Shown: positions 9,653-19,269, numbered from the stretch's first letter. The stretch: 63,250 bases of DNA from Bacteroidia bacterium (GCA_026413325.1 JANZYW010000002.1:1-63250), one strand, 5' to 3'. The notes: generated from the sequence alone by a model not told the origin. Program-made: numbers and translations.

Positions 9653-10387
9653 TCATCGCTTGATCTGGAGAACAGAGAGATTTCTTTCGTAGATGTCAAA
9701 GGTGCCTCCATTCACGCCAAAGCTGTTTCCGTAGAGTTCCAATCGATAGTAATAAGTGATGCCAGGTGTGAGATTCAGATCTACATAGCTTAGAGAGGTG
9801 CTCATGTTGAAGCTGCTGGTCGTGGATCCCAAGCCATTCGGGAAGCGCAAGGCACAAATGCCAGAGCCATATGTGAGGAGAGTGGGATTTACGGTGAAAG
9901 CAGGGTCTTCTGCCCTACGTAAAACCAGAAAATACCCTGCAAGGGAATGGGTTCCCGTCATAGTGGTCGCATTAACCACCCGAGCGAAGCCCGTTATGAG
10001 TACCCCACTATGAGGAGGGCCGCTTCCGTCGGAGATGGTGATAGATACGGTCGTACCGTTTATAGGTGCAGCCGCTGCGTTGTATGGTATACTTTGGATA
10101 GCACCTGTGTTTTCACCTGTGATTTCTTGATTCACAAAGTCACCGACAAATCGCACATCTCCTATCACATGGAGCTGATGAGCAGGGGCAGCCGTGCCGA
10201 TCCCTACTCGGCCCTCTATGATAGCTCCATCTGCTGGGGCCGCGGTGGCGCTGTATCCACTTCCTATGGAGAGGTTTCCATTCACAGTAAGTCGACTGGC
10301 AGGAGTAGCCGTTCCGATCCCCACATGTTGACTCCGCAGGAGAGAGGGTACAATCCAAACTACAGCCCAAAAGTAAAGGGAATTCAT
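9653..10387 (-). CDS. Secreted protein with duplicated 'VGIGT..P...L.V.G' tail-fibre-like motifs
   Basis: 244 aa with a signal peptide. 'HVGIGTATPASRLTVNGN' and 'RVGIGTAAPAHQLHVIGD' are repeated. Confidence 0.55.
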   Translation of the reverse strand: MNSLYFWAVVWIVPSLLRSQHVGIGTATPASRLTVNGNLSIGSGYSATAAPADGAIIEGRVGIGTAAPAHQLHVIGDVRFVGDFVNQEITGENTGAIQSIPYNAAAAPINGTTVSITISDGSGPPHSGVLITGFARVVNATTMTGTHSLAGYFLVLRRAEDPAFTVNPTLLTYGSGICALRFPNGLGSTTSSFNMSTSLSYVDLNLTPGITYYYRLELYGNSFGVNGGTFDIYERNLSVLQIKR

Positions 10388-10392
10388 AAATA

Positions 10393-10400
10393 CAAAAATA
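10393..10400 (-). promoter_or_regulatory. -7 box TATTTTTG, 5 nt upstream of the ATG at 10387 (leaderless-type)
   Basis: The plus strand reads CAAAAATA, immediately flanking the start codon. Confidence 0.5.
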
Positions 10401-10455
10401 CGAGTTTCTTTCTGTTTTTTGCAAATCCTTCACCATGGTTTCACGGAATGGCTTT

Positions 10456-10463
10456 TATCTTTG
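10456..10463 (+). promoter_or_regulatory. -7 box TATCTTTG, 6 nt upstream of the ATG at 10470 (leaderless-type)
   Basis: Exact TAnnTTTG match. It supports ATG 10470 rather than the TTG at 10419 as the start. Confidence 0.45.
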
Positions 10464-10469
10464 CTGCAG

Positions 10470-12554
10470 ATGTGGTGGGGGTATCTCTTTGGGTTTTTAT
10501 GGGTCCAGGTTAGCTTTTCAGAGAAGCAAGCCCAGTTAGGGAACTTTCGTGTAACGGTCAATAACCTGGGAATGATTGGGAATAGCTTCAAGGGGAGCTA
10601 TCTCGTGCAGGGTTTCAAATCTGCTGAGTTTCCGAAGGGTTCGGGTATCGAGCATGTATTTGAAGGGGGGCTTTGGCTGGGCGCGAAGAAAGGAAATAGT
10701 ATAGTTGTCACGACAGGAGCGATAGACGACCCCTCTGGATATACCACGGGCAAGGCGGGCTTTGAGTTTAGCGCGGAACCAGGGGCTACTCTTCTTGAGC
10801 GAAGCTCTCTTCCGGACCAGATCACATATAGCCCCCTTGCAGTGTCTCATCAAGACCTGGTTGCTGATTTTACCGATAGGTACACCGTCGTCCCGGGTAC
10901 TCAGATACCCATCCAGAACCTCGAAAACGGTCCCCTCCAAGCGGACGTGCACTTTGAAGCCTACAACTGGAACTACTCTTTTGCCAACTTTTTCCTCATT
11001 TACAACTTCACTATCAAGAATGTTGGTTTTGAAGTGTGGGATAGCCTTTTCGTTGGCTTCTGGTTAGATGCTGTCATTCGAAATACCACCATAACTCCCG
11101 CTGGCTCTGGGGGCACCCAGTTCTACAATAGGGGAGGAAACGGCTACATAGATTCGCTCCAAATGGCGTATGAGTTCGATGTATCTGGAGATCCAGGGTT
11201 CACTGATACTTACATCGGATTGAAGTTTTTAGGGAGTGAGTATCGAGGAGAGTTTTACCACCCTGCGCGCTTTCCCTCTGCTCCCTTGGGTTTTCGTACG
11301 ACGTTTCAGAGCTGGACTTTTCGGGACTTCACAGGGCAGTTTCGCAGTCCACAAAATGATGCGGAACGCTGGGTTAAGATGTCCACTTCTCTCACAGATA
11401 GGCCTGATTGGGCTACTTTGGTCATCCCAGCACTTCGTATCGCTGGAAATCGCTCTATGCTCGTTTCTGGAGGCCCTTACTTAGGGGTGCGCCCTGGAGA
11501 TAGTATTCAGGTTGCCTTCGCTTTTGTCTTTGCTCGCAAGACTCCTGATGGGAATCCCAACTCTGCCGATTCCCCTCAACAGAAGGCCGAGCTGGTCCAA
11601 AATGCTCGTTGGGCTCAAGCCGCTTATAATGGAGAAGATGCAAACTTCAATGGGGTGTTAGACCCTGGAGAAGACTTGAATGGCGATGGCCGTCTTACTC
11701 GATTTATCCTGCCCAGTCCTCCTGCTATACGTCGATTTCGCTATGAGATCGAGCCTAACCTGATTCGACTGTACTGGGATGCTTCCGCAGAAGAAAGTAT
11801 AGATCCTATCTCCCGTAAGAAAGACTTCGAGGGATATCGTATTTACAAGACCACGCTGGGGTTTGATGTGAAAGAGGTCGTGGATGTGCTGAGTGAGCTC
11901 AAGCTCATCGCACAGTTTGACCGTCCTGGGAACGGGATTGGCTATGACAATGGCTTTTCTGCGATCCGCCTCCCAGAGCCTAAGTACTTCCCAGGCGATC
12001 CCACTCCCTATGTCTACAAGTATGAGATTCGGGGTGTGACAAACGGTTGGCAGCATGCAATCGCTCTAACTGCTTTTGATGAAGGGGATCCCACCCGTAA
12101 CTTGGAATCTCTTGAAAGCAGCCAGCAAGCGACCCTTCGGAGAGTTTTCGCGGGAGCTCCCCCTAATCAGGGGTTTGTGTTAGGTGATCCTTATGTCTAT
12201 CCCAACCCTTATTATGAGCGGGCGGCGTGGGAAGGAGGCTCCTCTGCCCATGAAGATCGCCGGATTATGTTTGCTAATCTGCCCCCCCACTGTGAAGTAT
12301 CTATCTACACTGCAGCAGGAGATCTGGTGTATCGCTTTGAGCATCATATGGATGATCCAGCGATGCAAGCTCAGGATAGCCGCTGGTACCAGACCTATAG
12401 CGAACCAGAAAAGCTCGTCATGAGTGGCGGAGAACATGGGTGGAATCTCCTCTCTCGGTATGGGCAGATCATTGCGCGAGGCCTTTATGTCTTTGCAGTA
12501 AAAGACCTGGCCACAGGACAGATCCGAACTGGAAAATTCGTCATTATTCGATAG
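10470..12554 (+). CDS. Large secreted protein of unknown function with a Ca-binding-like loop, an FN3-like module and a FlgD-Ig/T9SS-like C-terminal domain
   Basis: 'DANFNGVLDPGEDLNGDGRLT' (Asp-rich Ca-binding-type loop), 'DFEGYRIYKT', and a C-terminus 'YVYPNPYY...EVSIYTAAGDLV...GLYVFAV...GKFVIIR'. The start was chosen from the promoter box. The ORF is open from 10419. Confidence 0.6.
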   Translation: MWWGYLFGFLWVQVSFSEKQAQLGNFRVTVNNLGMIGNSFKGSYLVQGFKSAEFPKGSGIEHVFEGGLWLGAKKGNSIVVTTGAIDDPSGYTTGKAGFEFSAEPGATLLERSSLPDQITYSPLAVSHQDLVADFTDRYTVVPGTQIPIQNLENGPLQADVHFEAYNWNYSFANFFLIYNFTIKNVGFEVWDSLFVGFWLDAVIRNTTITPAGSGGTQFYNRGGNGYIDSLQMAYEFDVSGDPGFTDTYIGLKFLGSEYRGEFYHPARFPSAPLGFRTTFQSWTFRDFTGQFRSPQNDAERWVKMSTSLTDRPDWATLVIPALRIAGNRSMLVSGGPYLGVRPGDSIQVAFAFVFARKTPDGNPNSADSPQQKAELVQNARWAQAAYNGEDANFNGVLDPGEDLNGDGRLTRFILPSPPAIRRFRYEIEPNLIRLYWDASAEESIDPISRKKDFEGYRIYKTTLGFDVKEVVDVLSELKLIAQFDRPGNGIGYDNGFSAIRLPEPKYFPGDPTPYVYKYEIRGVTNGWQHAIALTAFDEGDPTRNLESLESSQQATLRRVFAGAPPNQGFVLGDPYVYPNPYYERAAWEGGSSAHEDRRIMFANLPPHCEVSIYTAAGDLVYRFEHHMDDPAMQAQDSRWYQTYSEPEKLVMSGGEHGWNLLSRYGQIIARGLYVFAVKDLATGQIRTGKFVIIR

Positions 12555-12557
12555 CGT

Positions 12558-14702
12558 ATGCGATACGTAGTCATACTCTCTGGATTTTTAGGCTTTCTGC
12601 TGGCGCAGCAGCCACCACTCGTTTCTATTCAACAAATCCAAACTCCTCAAGACTTAGCAGCTGGAAAAGACTCTTCAACCTATCACCGACAGCGGGTTCG
12701 AGTACGAGGAGTTGTTGTTACGAAGTGTGACTGGCACAGGCACTACGGTGTAAGTGGAGGAACTAACAGCAAACGCTGTAGTATCTGGCTACAAGACAGC
12801 GCTCGAAGTGGTCCTCGCTCAGGGCTACAGATCCGTCGTCAAAATACCACTGATATGCCTCCAGGATTCACCAACCTGACCCAAGGTCAATACGTTGAAC
12901 TTACGGGTACAGTGGATTATTTCCAGGGAGAGATCCAACTTATGGTAGATACCAACGTTTCGCCCGTCGTCTTAGGGCTGGGCATTCCTATAGCGGGCCC
13001 AACCCCTATATCCGTTTCTGATCTCAATTTCTCCAATGGGAGCCACAACCTCCAAAGCGGGGACCAATGGCAGGGCAGTTACGTGAAACTCACAAATCTA
13101 ACTGTGCAAAATGTTCAAACAAACCCTCTCCGAATCACTTGTGTGGATGACAACGGTTACCAGATTGTAGTGTTTGGCGAGTTCAAGGGGCTTACCAATA
13201 ACTATCCCCCCAACACCCGGTTGGATTCCGTCAAGGGTATTGTTCTCCACTACTGGCCTACGACAGGGACTCCGATGTATGAAATATGTCCATGGCATGA
13301 TAGCCTTATGTATGTAGGGAATCCTGTACCTCGGGTGAGCAATCTTCGTCGTACTCCCGTCTGTCCGGGGCCTACTGCTTCGGTGAATGTCCAGGTAGAT
13401 GTCACCAGTACTGCTCCCTCGAGTGATCCTATCACGCAGGTCACCCTTTACTGGGCGACAGGAGCAAACACGACGTATACTGCCGTTCCGATGACCCAGA
13501 TTGGCTCCACCTCCACCTATGAGGCATCTATTCCTTCTCAGCCAGAGGGGACTTATGTTCATTATTATGTGGTTGCTCGAGACCAGACCAATGATCAAGT
13601 GAAGTTTCCTCGATTTGAGCCTCAGAGTTATCGGGTCAATAGCGCTGGCTGTCGTATCACAGACATTCAGTACGTGATCCCCTCCGTTTTGTATGCTTAT
13701 AACCCCAGTTCTCGGCGAGATTATCTCGGCTCCGGTTATGCGGGTCTGAGCGTGGACAATGTGCCGGGGATAGTCACCGCCTCCGAAAACGACCTGGGCT
13801 ATATTCATATCCAACAGCGAGGCGCACCTGAGTGGGGGGGGATATGGGTACGCACGACCAGTCAGCAGCCTAACCTTCAGATCGGAGATAGCGTTGTAGT
13901 CACCAGCGCTACTGTAGATGAGTACTTTGGCTTGACCAATCTCCGCGATGCCCAAGTGACTCGCATCGGCCCTTCTGGTTCTCCTATTGCGCCCGTCGTG
14001 GTACCTCTGAACGTCGTCTATGGAGATACGCAGTATGCAGCTACCGAACCCTATGAGAGCATGCTGGTTCGTTTTCGGAATAACAATGCTGGACAGACCC
14101 TCGCTGTCGTCCAACCACGTGTCTCTACGCAGAATGTGCACGCCGGAGACTATCGAGTAGGATTGGATATAGCAGATCCCCTTCGAGGTATCCGAGTCCT
14201 TGCAGGCCGGCAGACCAGCAATATCTTTTCTTCGCTCAAGGTCTCTTACGTAAACGACAGTACCTGGGCGGTAACGGATGGCCTAATAGATCCTTCTATC
14301 CCGCTGTGTATCGTATCCGACACGACGGTCCTCGATAGTGTGCAAGGCATATTGACCTATCAGTGGAACTATGTGAAACTTCTTCCCCGATTGACGAGTG
14401 ATTTCTTCAATGTAGTGCGAACCTCTTGCCGGACTAGCAATCCTCCCTCCTCTGTAGCGACAGGCTCTTCTGCACTTGTGTGGATAGGACCCAATCCTAC
14501 GATGGACCAGGTTACCATTCGAGTCCCAGCTCACATAGGTGCGGTGGTCGCTCGCCTGCAGACGATCGAGGGGAAAGTGCTTGGGGAAGTTCGATTTTGG
14601 GGCGAGTATGTATGGGATATGCATGCTCTGCCTTCGGGCGTGTACCTTCTCACTATCGATGGGGCAGGAGGTCGGGCTGTGTCTCGCATCATTCGCTTGT
14701 AG
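12558..14702 (+). CDS. Large secreted T9SS cargo protein with repeated OB-like 'IQ.IQ ... V.V.G.V' modules
   Basis: Signal peptide 'MRYVVILSGFLGFLLAQ'. Modules: 'VSIQQIQTP..QRVRVRGVVVT', 'ITDIQYV...VPGIVTA', 'ATVDEYFGLTNL'. The terminal CTD is 'IGPNPTMDQVTIRV...GVYLLTI'. The gene starts 3 nt after the preceding stop. Confidence 0.65.
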   Translation: MRYVVILSGFLGFLLAQQPPLVSIQQIQTPQDLAAGKDSSTYHRQRVRVRGVVVTKCDWHRHYGVSGGTNSKRCSIWLQDSARSGPRSGLQIRRQNTTDMPPGFTNLTQGQYVELTGTVDYFQGEIQLMVDTNVSPVVLGLGIPIAGPTPISVSDLNFSNGSHNLQSGDQWQGSYVKLTNLTVQNVQTNPLRITCVDDNGYQIVVFGEFKGLTNNYPPNTRLDSVKGIVLHYWPTTGTPMYEICPWHDSLMYVGNPVPRVSNLRRTPVCPGPTASVNVQVDVTSTAPSSDPITQVTLYWATGANTTYTAVPMTQIGSTSTYEASIPSQPEGTYVHYYVVARDQTNDQVKFPRFEPQSYRVNSAGCRITDIQYVIPSVLYAYNPSSRRDYLGSGYAGLSVDNVPGIVTASENDLGYIHIQQRGAPEWGGIWVRTTSQQPNLQIGDSVVVTSATVDEYFGLTNLRDAQVTRIGPSGSPIAPVVVPLNVVYGDTQYAATEPYESMLVRFRNNNAGQTLAVVQPRVSTQNVHAGDYRVGLDIADPLRGIRVLAGRQTSNIFSSLKVSYVNDSTWAVTDGLIDPSIPLCIVSDTTVLDSVQGILTYQWNYVKLLPRLTSDFFNVVRTSCRTSNPPSSVATGSSALVWIGPNPTMDQVTIRVPAHIGAVVARLQTIEGKVLGEVRFWGEYVWDMHALPSGVYLLTIDGAGGRAVSRIIRL

Positions 14703-14727
14703 CGAAGTCCAGTACTTTTAGTGAAGG

Positions 14728-14765
14728 GGAGGGCGCCCTGCATGGCAGAGGCGCCCTTCTTTTTT
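14728..14765 (+). terminator. Rho-independent terminator
   Basis: GGAGGGCGCC...GGCGCCCTTC stem (10 bp including one G-U) followed by TTTTTT. It lies between convergent genes. Confidence 0.7.
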
Positions 14766-14816
14766 GCATGACCTCAGGAGGAGTAGGGATATCTGTTTGC
14801 TTGAGGAAGGATGCTG

Positions 14817-16865
14817 TTATTTACCCTGGGGCAGTGGATGATACTTTTGCATAGAATGGGACCGAATATACCCCCAATCTAAGGGTCTCTTAAAAAGCTT
14901 TCCTTCAGCGAAAGGCTTGACCTGATCGCAGTAGTGAGGGCTATCTGGGACGTGAGAAGCGCCGTAAGGCTGGATACCCCATACAGTCTGTCCTTCGGGC
15001 CCCCAATGAACCCAGTATGTTAATCCATCGCCGCCCATCACTTCGAGTTTGCCTGTGCGAGGATTCCACTTCCAATGACGGGATTCCAAGCTTTCGGGGA
15101 AACCTCCTACCCCCACCCTAACCTTTCCTCGGCCGTGTTGGAGAACTCTCTGCCACTGCGGATAAAGAGTTCCATAGTATTTCTTGAGTATACGGGTAGC
15201 TCGATGTAAAGCTCGTACAACTTCCCTTTCGGTGGGTTGATAGCCTAAGATCAGAGCTTCTACTAATCGCATTTTCATGCTCTTTTCCAGGAATACGTGA
15301 GTCAGCATGACGAGAGCCGTTAGGGTATCCTCGGGTTCTGCGCATCCTTTCCATCGCTTGAGAGCGAGAATAGCTTCGGAGAGAGCAGGATGGGCCTCTG
15401 GAGACAGGGTGAAAAGCGGGGAAAATACTTTCCGATAGCTTCCTTCTCGGGCGATACAGCGGTCATGTTTGAGGTTTCGAAGGGCTTCAAAGGTGAAGCG
15501 CTGGCCATCGAATCGTGGCCAGAGTTCTGCCAGTCGCTCTCCCCTGTTATAGGTGAAACGCTGGAGTCCAACTATTTTTCGGCTGGGCTTCCAGTTTTCG
15601 CCAGGGCAGGTAGCCTCTAAGGGAGTCTGGTTCGCATTATATACGTAACCGCAGGAAGGATCGATGAGAGTGGGTAGCTCCGTAGGAGGAATCTTTCTGC
15701 GGTCGTTCTGATAGGCCGGAGTAGGGTATTTCACGGGTATACTCCATTCCAGGGCGGTGTCCCGTTCGGGGAGCTGTACCCAGGAAAGAAAAGCTATGTG
15801 CCCTTCCCCATCCGCATAGATGGTATTGAAGGTAGGAACAGCCTGGAGGTACATCGCATCTAAAAAGGCTTGGAGGTTATGGGCTTTATTCATGAGGTAC
15901 CACTGCTCTAAGGCACGAGTTTCCTGATACGTGAGTTGGGAAAATGCATACCACTTATGATGAATCTTCATTACAGGTCCATATTCACTGGAGTATATCT
16001 TTCGAGGCAGAGGGAAGGGCAGTCCTTTGAGTCGAAGTTTTATCTTTCGTTCTCTGAAAGGGAGCCACTTTTCTCCAAAGCGGTATCGGCGTTTTTTCAC
16101 TTCTAATGCAAAGACGTCTGTCAGGTGGTGATACGCGAACGTATGGGCCCATCCGAGGGCTGTATTACAGCCTACAAAAGGGATGGGACTCCCTGGGAAG
16201 GTACCTCCTGTAAAGTTCCACCCTTCTCCACTGCTGATGTGGATTTCGTACCATGCGAAACGTCCTTCTAACGGTTGGTGGGAGTTGATCAGGAGCCAGG
16301 TTCCTCCGTCTGCACTCCGATGGGGAGAGATTGCCCAAGCATTAGAACCGTATCCATCCACTAACGCCGCGATGTCGGAGAGGTATCCAGTTTGGATCCA
16401 CTGCAGGGCTCGGCCCAGACCAGTCATGAGGTTTAAAATCAGGTGGGAGCCTCGGGCGATATCATGTGCAGTGACAGGAAATACATCAGGAAGCAGACGT
16501 TTTTCGGGATGGGAGAGGAAGTATGCATTTACACCCGCAGCGAAACCTTCCAATACCGCCCAGGTCTCAGCTCGTATGTGTTTTTGATAATCAATGGTAT
16601 CCAGTCCCGTAAAATAGAGTAGGAAGTCCCAGATCGCTCCTTCCTTGCCCAGAATACGACCTAACTGTCCTCTCGCGGCTAATAGATTGTGCTGAAGGGG
16701 GATGGGTACATCCTCACTTTGGGCCCATCCCGCTCCGAATGCGGCTTCCGCATCAGTCGGAGCCCAAATATGAGCTACGCCAAGGCTATCTCGGAAGATT
16801 TCAATGCGAGTGGGGTCCCAAGCTTGAGCCAGGGTATATGCCAAGAGGCAGGTGACTTTCCACAC
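14817..16865 (-). CDS. Penicillin acylase family Ntn-hydrolase (possible acyl-homoserine-lactone/beta-lactam acylase)
   Basis: 682 aa. 'GSNAWAISPHRSADGG' contains the Ser nucleophile of the beta-chain. The N-terminal 'IEIFRDSLGVAHIWA' is typical of the family. GTG start. Confidence 0.8.
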   Translation of the reverse strand: MWKVTCLLAYTLAQAWDPTRIEIFRDSLGVAHIWAPTDAEAAFGAGWAQSEDVPIPLQHNLLAARGQLGRILGKEGAIWDFLLYFTGLDTIDYQKHIRAETWAVLEGFAAGVNAYFLSHPEKRLLPDVFPVTAHDIARGSHLILNLMTGLGRALQWIQTGYLSDIAALVDGYGSNAWAISPHRSADGGTWLLINSHQPLEGRFAWYEIHISSGEGWNFTGGTFPGSPIPFVGCNTALGWAHTFAYHHLTDVFALEVKKRRYRFGEKWLPFRERKIKLRLKGLPFPLPRKIYSSEYGPVMKIHHKWYAFSQLTYQETRALEQWYLMNKAHNLQAFLDAMYLQAVPTFNTIYADGEGHIAFLSWVQLPERDTALEWSIPVKYPTPAYQNDRRKIPPTELPTLIDPSCGYVYNANQTPLEATCPGENWKPSRKIVGLQRFTYNRGERLAELWPRFDGQRFTFEALRNLKHDRCIAREGSYRKVFSPLFTLSPEAHPALSEAILALKRWKGCAEPEDTLTALVMLTHVFLEKSMKMRLVEALILGYQPTEREVVRALHRATRILKKYYGTLYPQWQRVLQHGRGKVRVGVGGFPESLESRHWKWNPRTGKLEVMGGDGLTYWVHWGPEGQTVWGIQPYGASHVPDSPHYCDQVKPFAEGKLFKRPLDWGYIRSHSMQKYHPLPQGK

Positions 16866-16869
16866 TGAA

Positions 16870-16877
16870 CAAAGGTA
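16870..16877 (-). promoter_or_regulatory. -7 box TACCTTTG, 4 nt upstream of the GTG at 16865 (leaderless-type)
   Basis: The plus strand reads CAAAGGTA. Confidence 0.5.
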
Positions 16878-16918
16878 TGATCACCAGAACGCCGTCAGGC
16901 TGTCCTTCGTAGCTGGAT

Positions 16919-17695
16919 TTACAGAGTTGGAGAAACGGATACAGCCGTTCTTCGGAGGAGGTAGCGGGGGTGCTGGTAGATCCCCCACTTGCCCAGGAGA
17001 TGCTGAAAGGTGACTCGTAAGATACCCAGCCCATACTTTACGCTCCGGGTAAAATTGATGGAGGAGGCTTCAGGGAAGTAATGGGTAGGGCAAGTAATCT
17101 CCCCTATCGGATAGCCTGCGTAGATTACCTGAGAGAGAAACTCATTGTCAAAGATAAAATCGTCACTATTTTTCTGCCAGGATAGGGTCTCCAAAACCTC
17201 CCGACTGTAGGCTCGGTATCCTGTGTGATATTCTGAAAGTTTGGCTCTAAGCAGGATATTTTGCAAGGCTGTCAAGAATCGGTTAGCGATGTACTTGTAA
17301 AGGGGCATTCCCCCTTTCAAGGCTCCTCCTCCCAATATGCGCGAGCCTAAAACGACGGGATAGAGTCCCGAAGCGACCAGATGTGCCATAGCAGGTAGGA
17401 GTTTAGGGGTGTATTGGTAGTCTGGATGGAGCATAACTATGATATCCGCTCCCAGCTCGAGGGCATACTGGTAACATGTTTTTTGATTGCCTCCGTAGCC
17501 TCTGTTTTTTTCATGAACGATCACGTGAGGTATGCCAAGGCGGCGTGCCAAAGCAGCAGTATGGTCTCGGCTAGCATCATCCACCAACACGATTTCATCC
17601 ACTATCGTCCGATCTATCTCGGCTACTGTTCTTTCTAGGGTTTGCGTAGCATTGTAAGCGGGCAAGACGACGACGACTTTTTTTCCCTGGATCAT
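16919..17695 (-). CDS. Family 2 glycosyltransferase (polyprenol-phosphate sugar transferase-like)
   Basis: 'VVVLPAYNA', 'VLVDDASRD' and 'MLHPDYQY' are GT-A/GT2 motifs. The start is at the internal ATG at 17695, which overlaps the upstream gene's stop (ATGA). Confidence 0.8.
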   Translation of the reverse strand: MIQGKKVVVVLPAYNATQTLERTVAEIDRTIVDEIVLVDDASRDHTAALARRLGIPHVIVHEKNRGYGGNQKTCYQYALELGADIIVMLHPDYQYTPKLLPAMAHLVASGLYPVVLGSRILGGGALKGGMPLYKYIANRFLTALQNILLRAKLSEYHTGYRAYSREVLETLSWQKNSDDFIFDNEFLSQVIYAGYPIGEITCPTHYFPEASSINFTRSVKYGLGILRVTFQHLLGKWGIYQHPRYLLRRTAVSVSPTL

Positions 17696-19251
17696 ATTTC
17701 GAAACGGATGCCCTGTGCCAGAGGAAGGGTGTCTCCATAGTTGATGGTTACTGTCTGCCGGCGCATATAAGCTTTCCAAGCGTCTGAGCCCGCTTCCCTT
17801 CCTCCTCCCGTTTCTTTCTCTCCCCCAAAGGCTCCGCCGATTTCTGCTCCTGAGGGGCCGATATTTACATTTGCGATGCCACAGTCTGAACCCCGTGAGC
17901 TGAGAAATAGCTCTGCTTCGAGTAGATTTTCTGTGAAGATGCTCGAGGAGAGGCCCTGGGGCACACTATTCTGGATGGCAATGGCTTCTTCTAAGGTTTG
18001 GTACTTGATGACATAGAGGATAGGAGCGAAAGTCTCCCGTTGTACGATAGGCCAGTCGTTCTCTGCGGTCACGATAGCAGGACGCACGTAGCAGCCGCTT
18101 TCGTATCCGGGTCCTTCCAGTATTTCTCCTCCAAATAGGATTTTTCCGCCTTGGTCTTTGACTTCTTGGAGGGCCTCCTGCATAGTCTGTACAGCGGTTC
18201 GGTCGATGAGAGGCCCTATAAGCGTTTCAGGATGGAGCGGATTCCCGATGCGCTGGGATGCCTGCTGGTAGACGGCGATGAGCTTCTGTAGAAAGTTATC
18301 AAAGATAGATTCGTGAAGTAGGAGACGACGGAGAGAGGTACAACGCTGTCCAGAGGTACCGAGGGCTGCAAAGGTGACGGCTCGCAGAGCCAAGTCTAAG
18401 TTGGCATGGGGGGTGATGATTACTGCATTATTTCCCCCCAGTTCTAACAAGCTTCTCCCCAAGCGTTTGGCTACCTGTTGAGCGACAGAGCGTCCCATGC
18501 GGACGGAGCCAGTCGCGGAGATGAGAGGCAAGCGAGGGTCACAAGCCATTTGCTGACCAATCTGCGCATCTCCGATAATAAGGGTGCATACACCCTCCGG
18601 TAGATCGTGTTCTCGGATTGTTTCTTGAAGAAGGGAGAAGATAGCAATAGCAGAGAGGGGAGCCTTCTCACTGGGCTTCCAGATGGTTGTGTCTCCACAA
18701 ACGGCAGCAATAATGGCATTCCATGCCCATACAGCGACAGGGAAATTAAAAGCAGTTATGATCCCTACGACTCCCAAGGGATGCCACTGTTCATACATGC
18801 GGTGGTCGGGTCGTTCTGAAGCGATGGTAAGTCCATACAGCTGCCGAGAAAGCCCTACCCCGAAGTCGCACATGTCTATGACCTCTTGGACCTCTCCCTG
18901 AGCTTCTTGATAAGTTTTGCCCATTTCGTAGCTAATGATCTGTGCGAGTGCCTCTTTTTTTTGCCGAACTTTTTCTCCAAAAATCCGAACTATCTCTCCT
19001 CTCTTAGGGGCGGGGATCCGCCGCCAAACCAGGAAGGCCTCTTGGGCCCGACGAACCAGTGTATCATAAGCGGCAGAGGAGGCTCGCTGGACTGCGGGAA
19101 GGGGTTTTCCGTCTACGGGAGAGATATTTGTGTGGTAGGTTCCATCGTCAGGAAGGGGTCCGTGACCTGTATAAGCCCCTGGATTTTGTGAAAGCAAGCC
19201 AAATGCTTCCCATATATGGGTTCCGATAGGAACTATTTCAGTGATCGGCAT
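17692..19251 (-). CDS. ALDH7-type aldehyde dehydrogenase (alpha-aminoadipic semialdehyde / piperideine-6-carboxylate dehydrogenase-like)
   Basis: 519 aa with 'ELGGNNA', 'GQRCTSLRRL', 'GSDCGIANVNIGPSGAEIGGAFGGEKETGGGREAGSDAWK.YMRRQT.TINY'. This C-terminal block is characteristic of ALDH7 as I recall it. Confidence 0.85.
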   Translation of the reverse strand: MPITEIVPIGTHIWEAFGLLSQNPGAYTGHGPLPDDGTYHTNISPVDGKPLPAVQRASSAAYDTLVRRAQEAFLVWRRIPAPKRGEIVRIFGEKVRQKKEALAQIISYEMGKTYQEAQGEVQEVIDMCDFGVGLSRQLYGLTIASERPDHRMYEQWHPLGVVGIITAFNFPVAVWAWNAIIAAVCGDTTIWKPSEKAPLSAIAIFSLLQETIREHDLPEGVCTLIIGDAQIGQQMACDPRLPLISATGSVRMGRSVAQQVAKRLGRSLLELGGNNAVIITPHANLDLALRAVTFAALGTSGQRCTSLRRLLLHESIFDNFLQKLIAVYQQASQRIGNPLHPETLIGPLIDRTAVQTMQEALQEVKDQGGKILFGGEILEGPGYESGCYVRPAIVTAENDWPIVQRETFAPILYVIKYQTLEEAIAIQNSVPQGLSSSIFTENLLEAELFLSSRGSDCGIANVNIGPSGAEIGGAFGGEKETGGGREAGSDAWKAYMRRQTVTINYGDTLPLAQGIRFEI

Positions 19252-19261
19252 AGGTGATTTA

Positions 19262-19269
19262 CAAAGGTA
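19262..19269 (-). promoter_or_regulatory. -7 box TACCTTTG, 10 nt upstream of the ATG at 19251
   Basis: The plus strand reads CAAAGGTA. Confidence 0.45.

Noticed and set aside
13098-14141. 347-aa ORF antisense to the 714-aa T9SS cargo gene
   Set aside because: It is Arg/Ser/Gly-rich and low in complexity, with no motifs. It lies entirely inside a gene that has a signal peptide and a CTD. It has no promoter box at its start. This is a typical shadow ORF in a GC-moderate genome.
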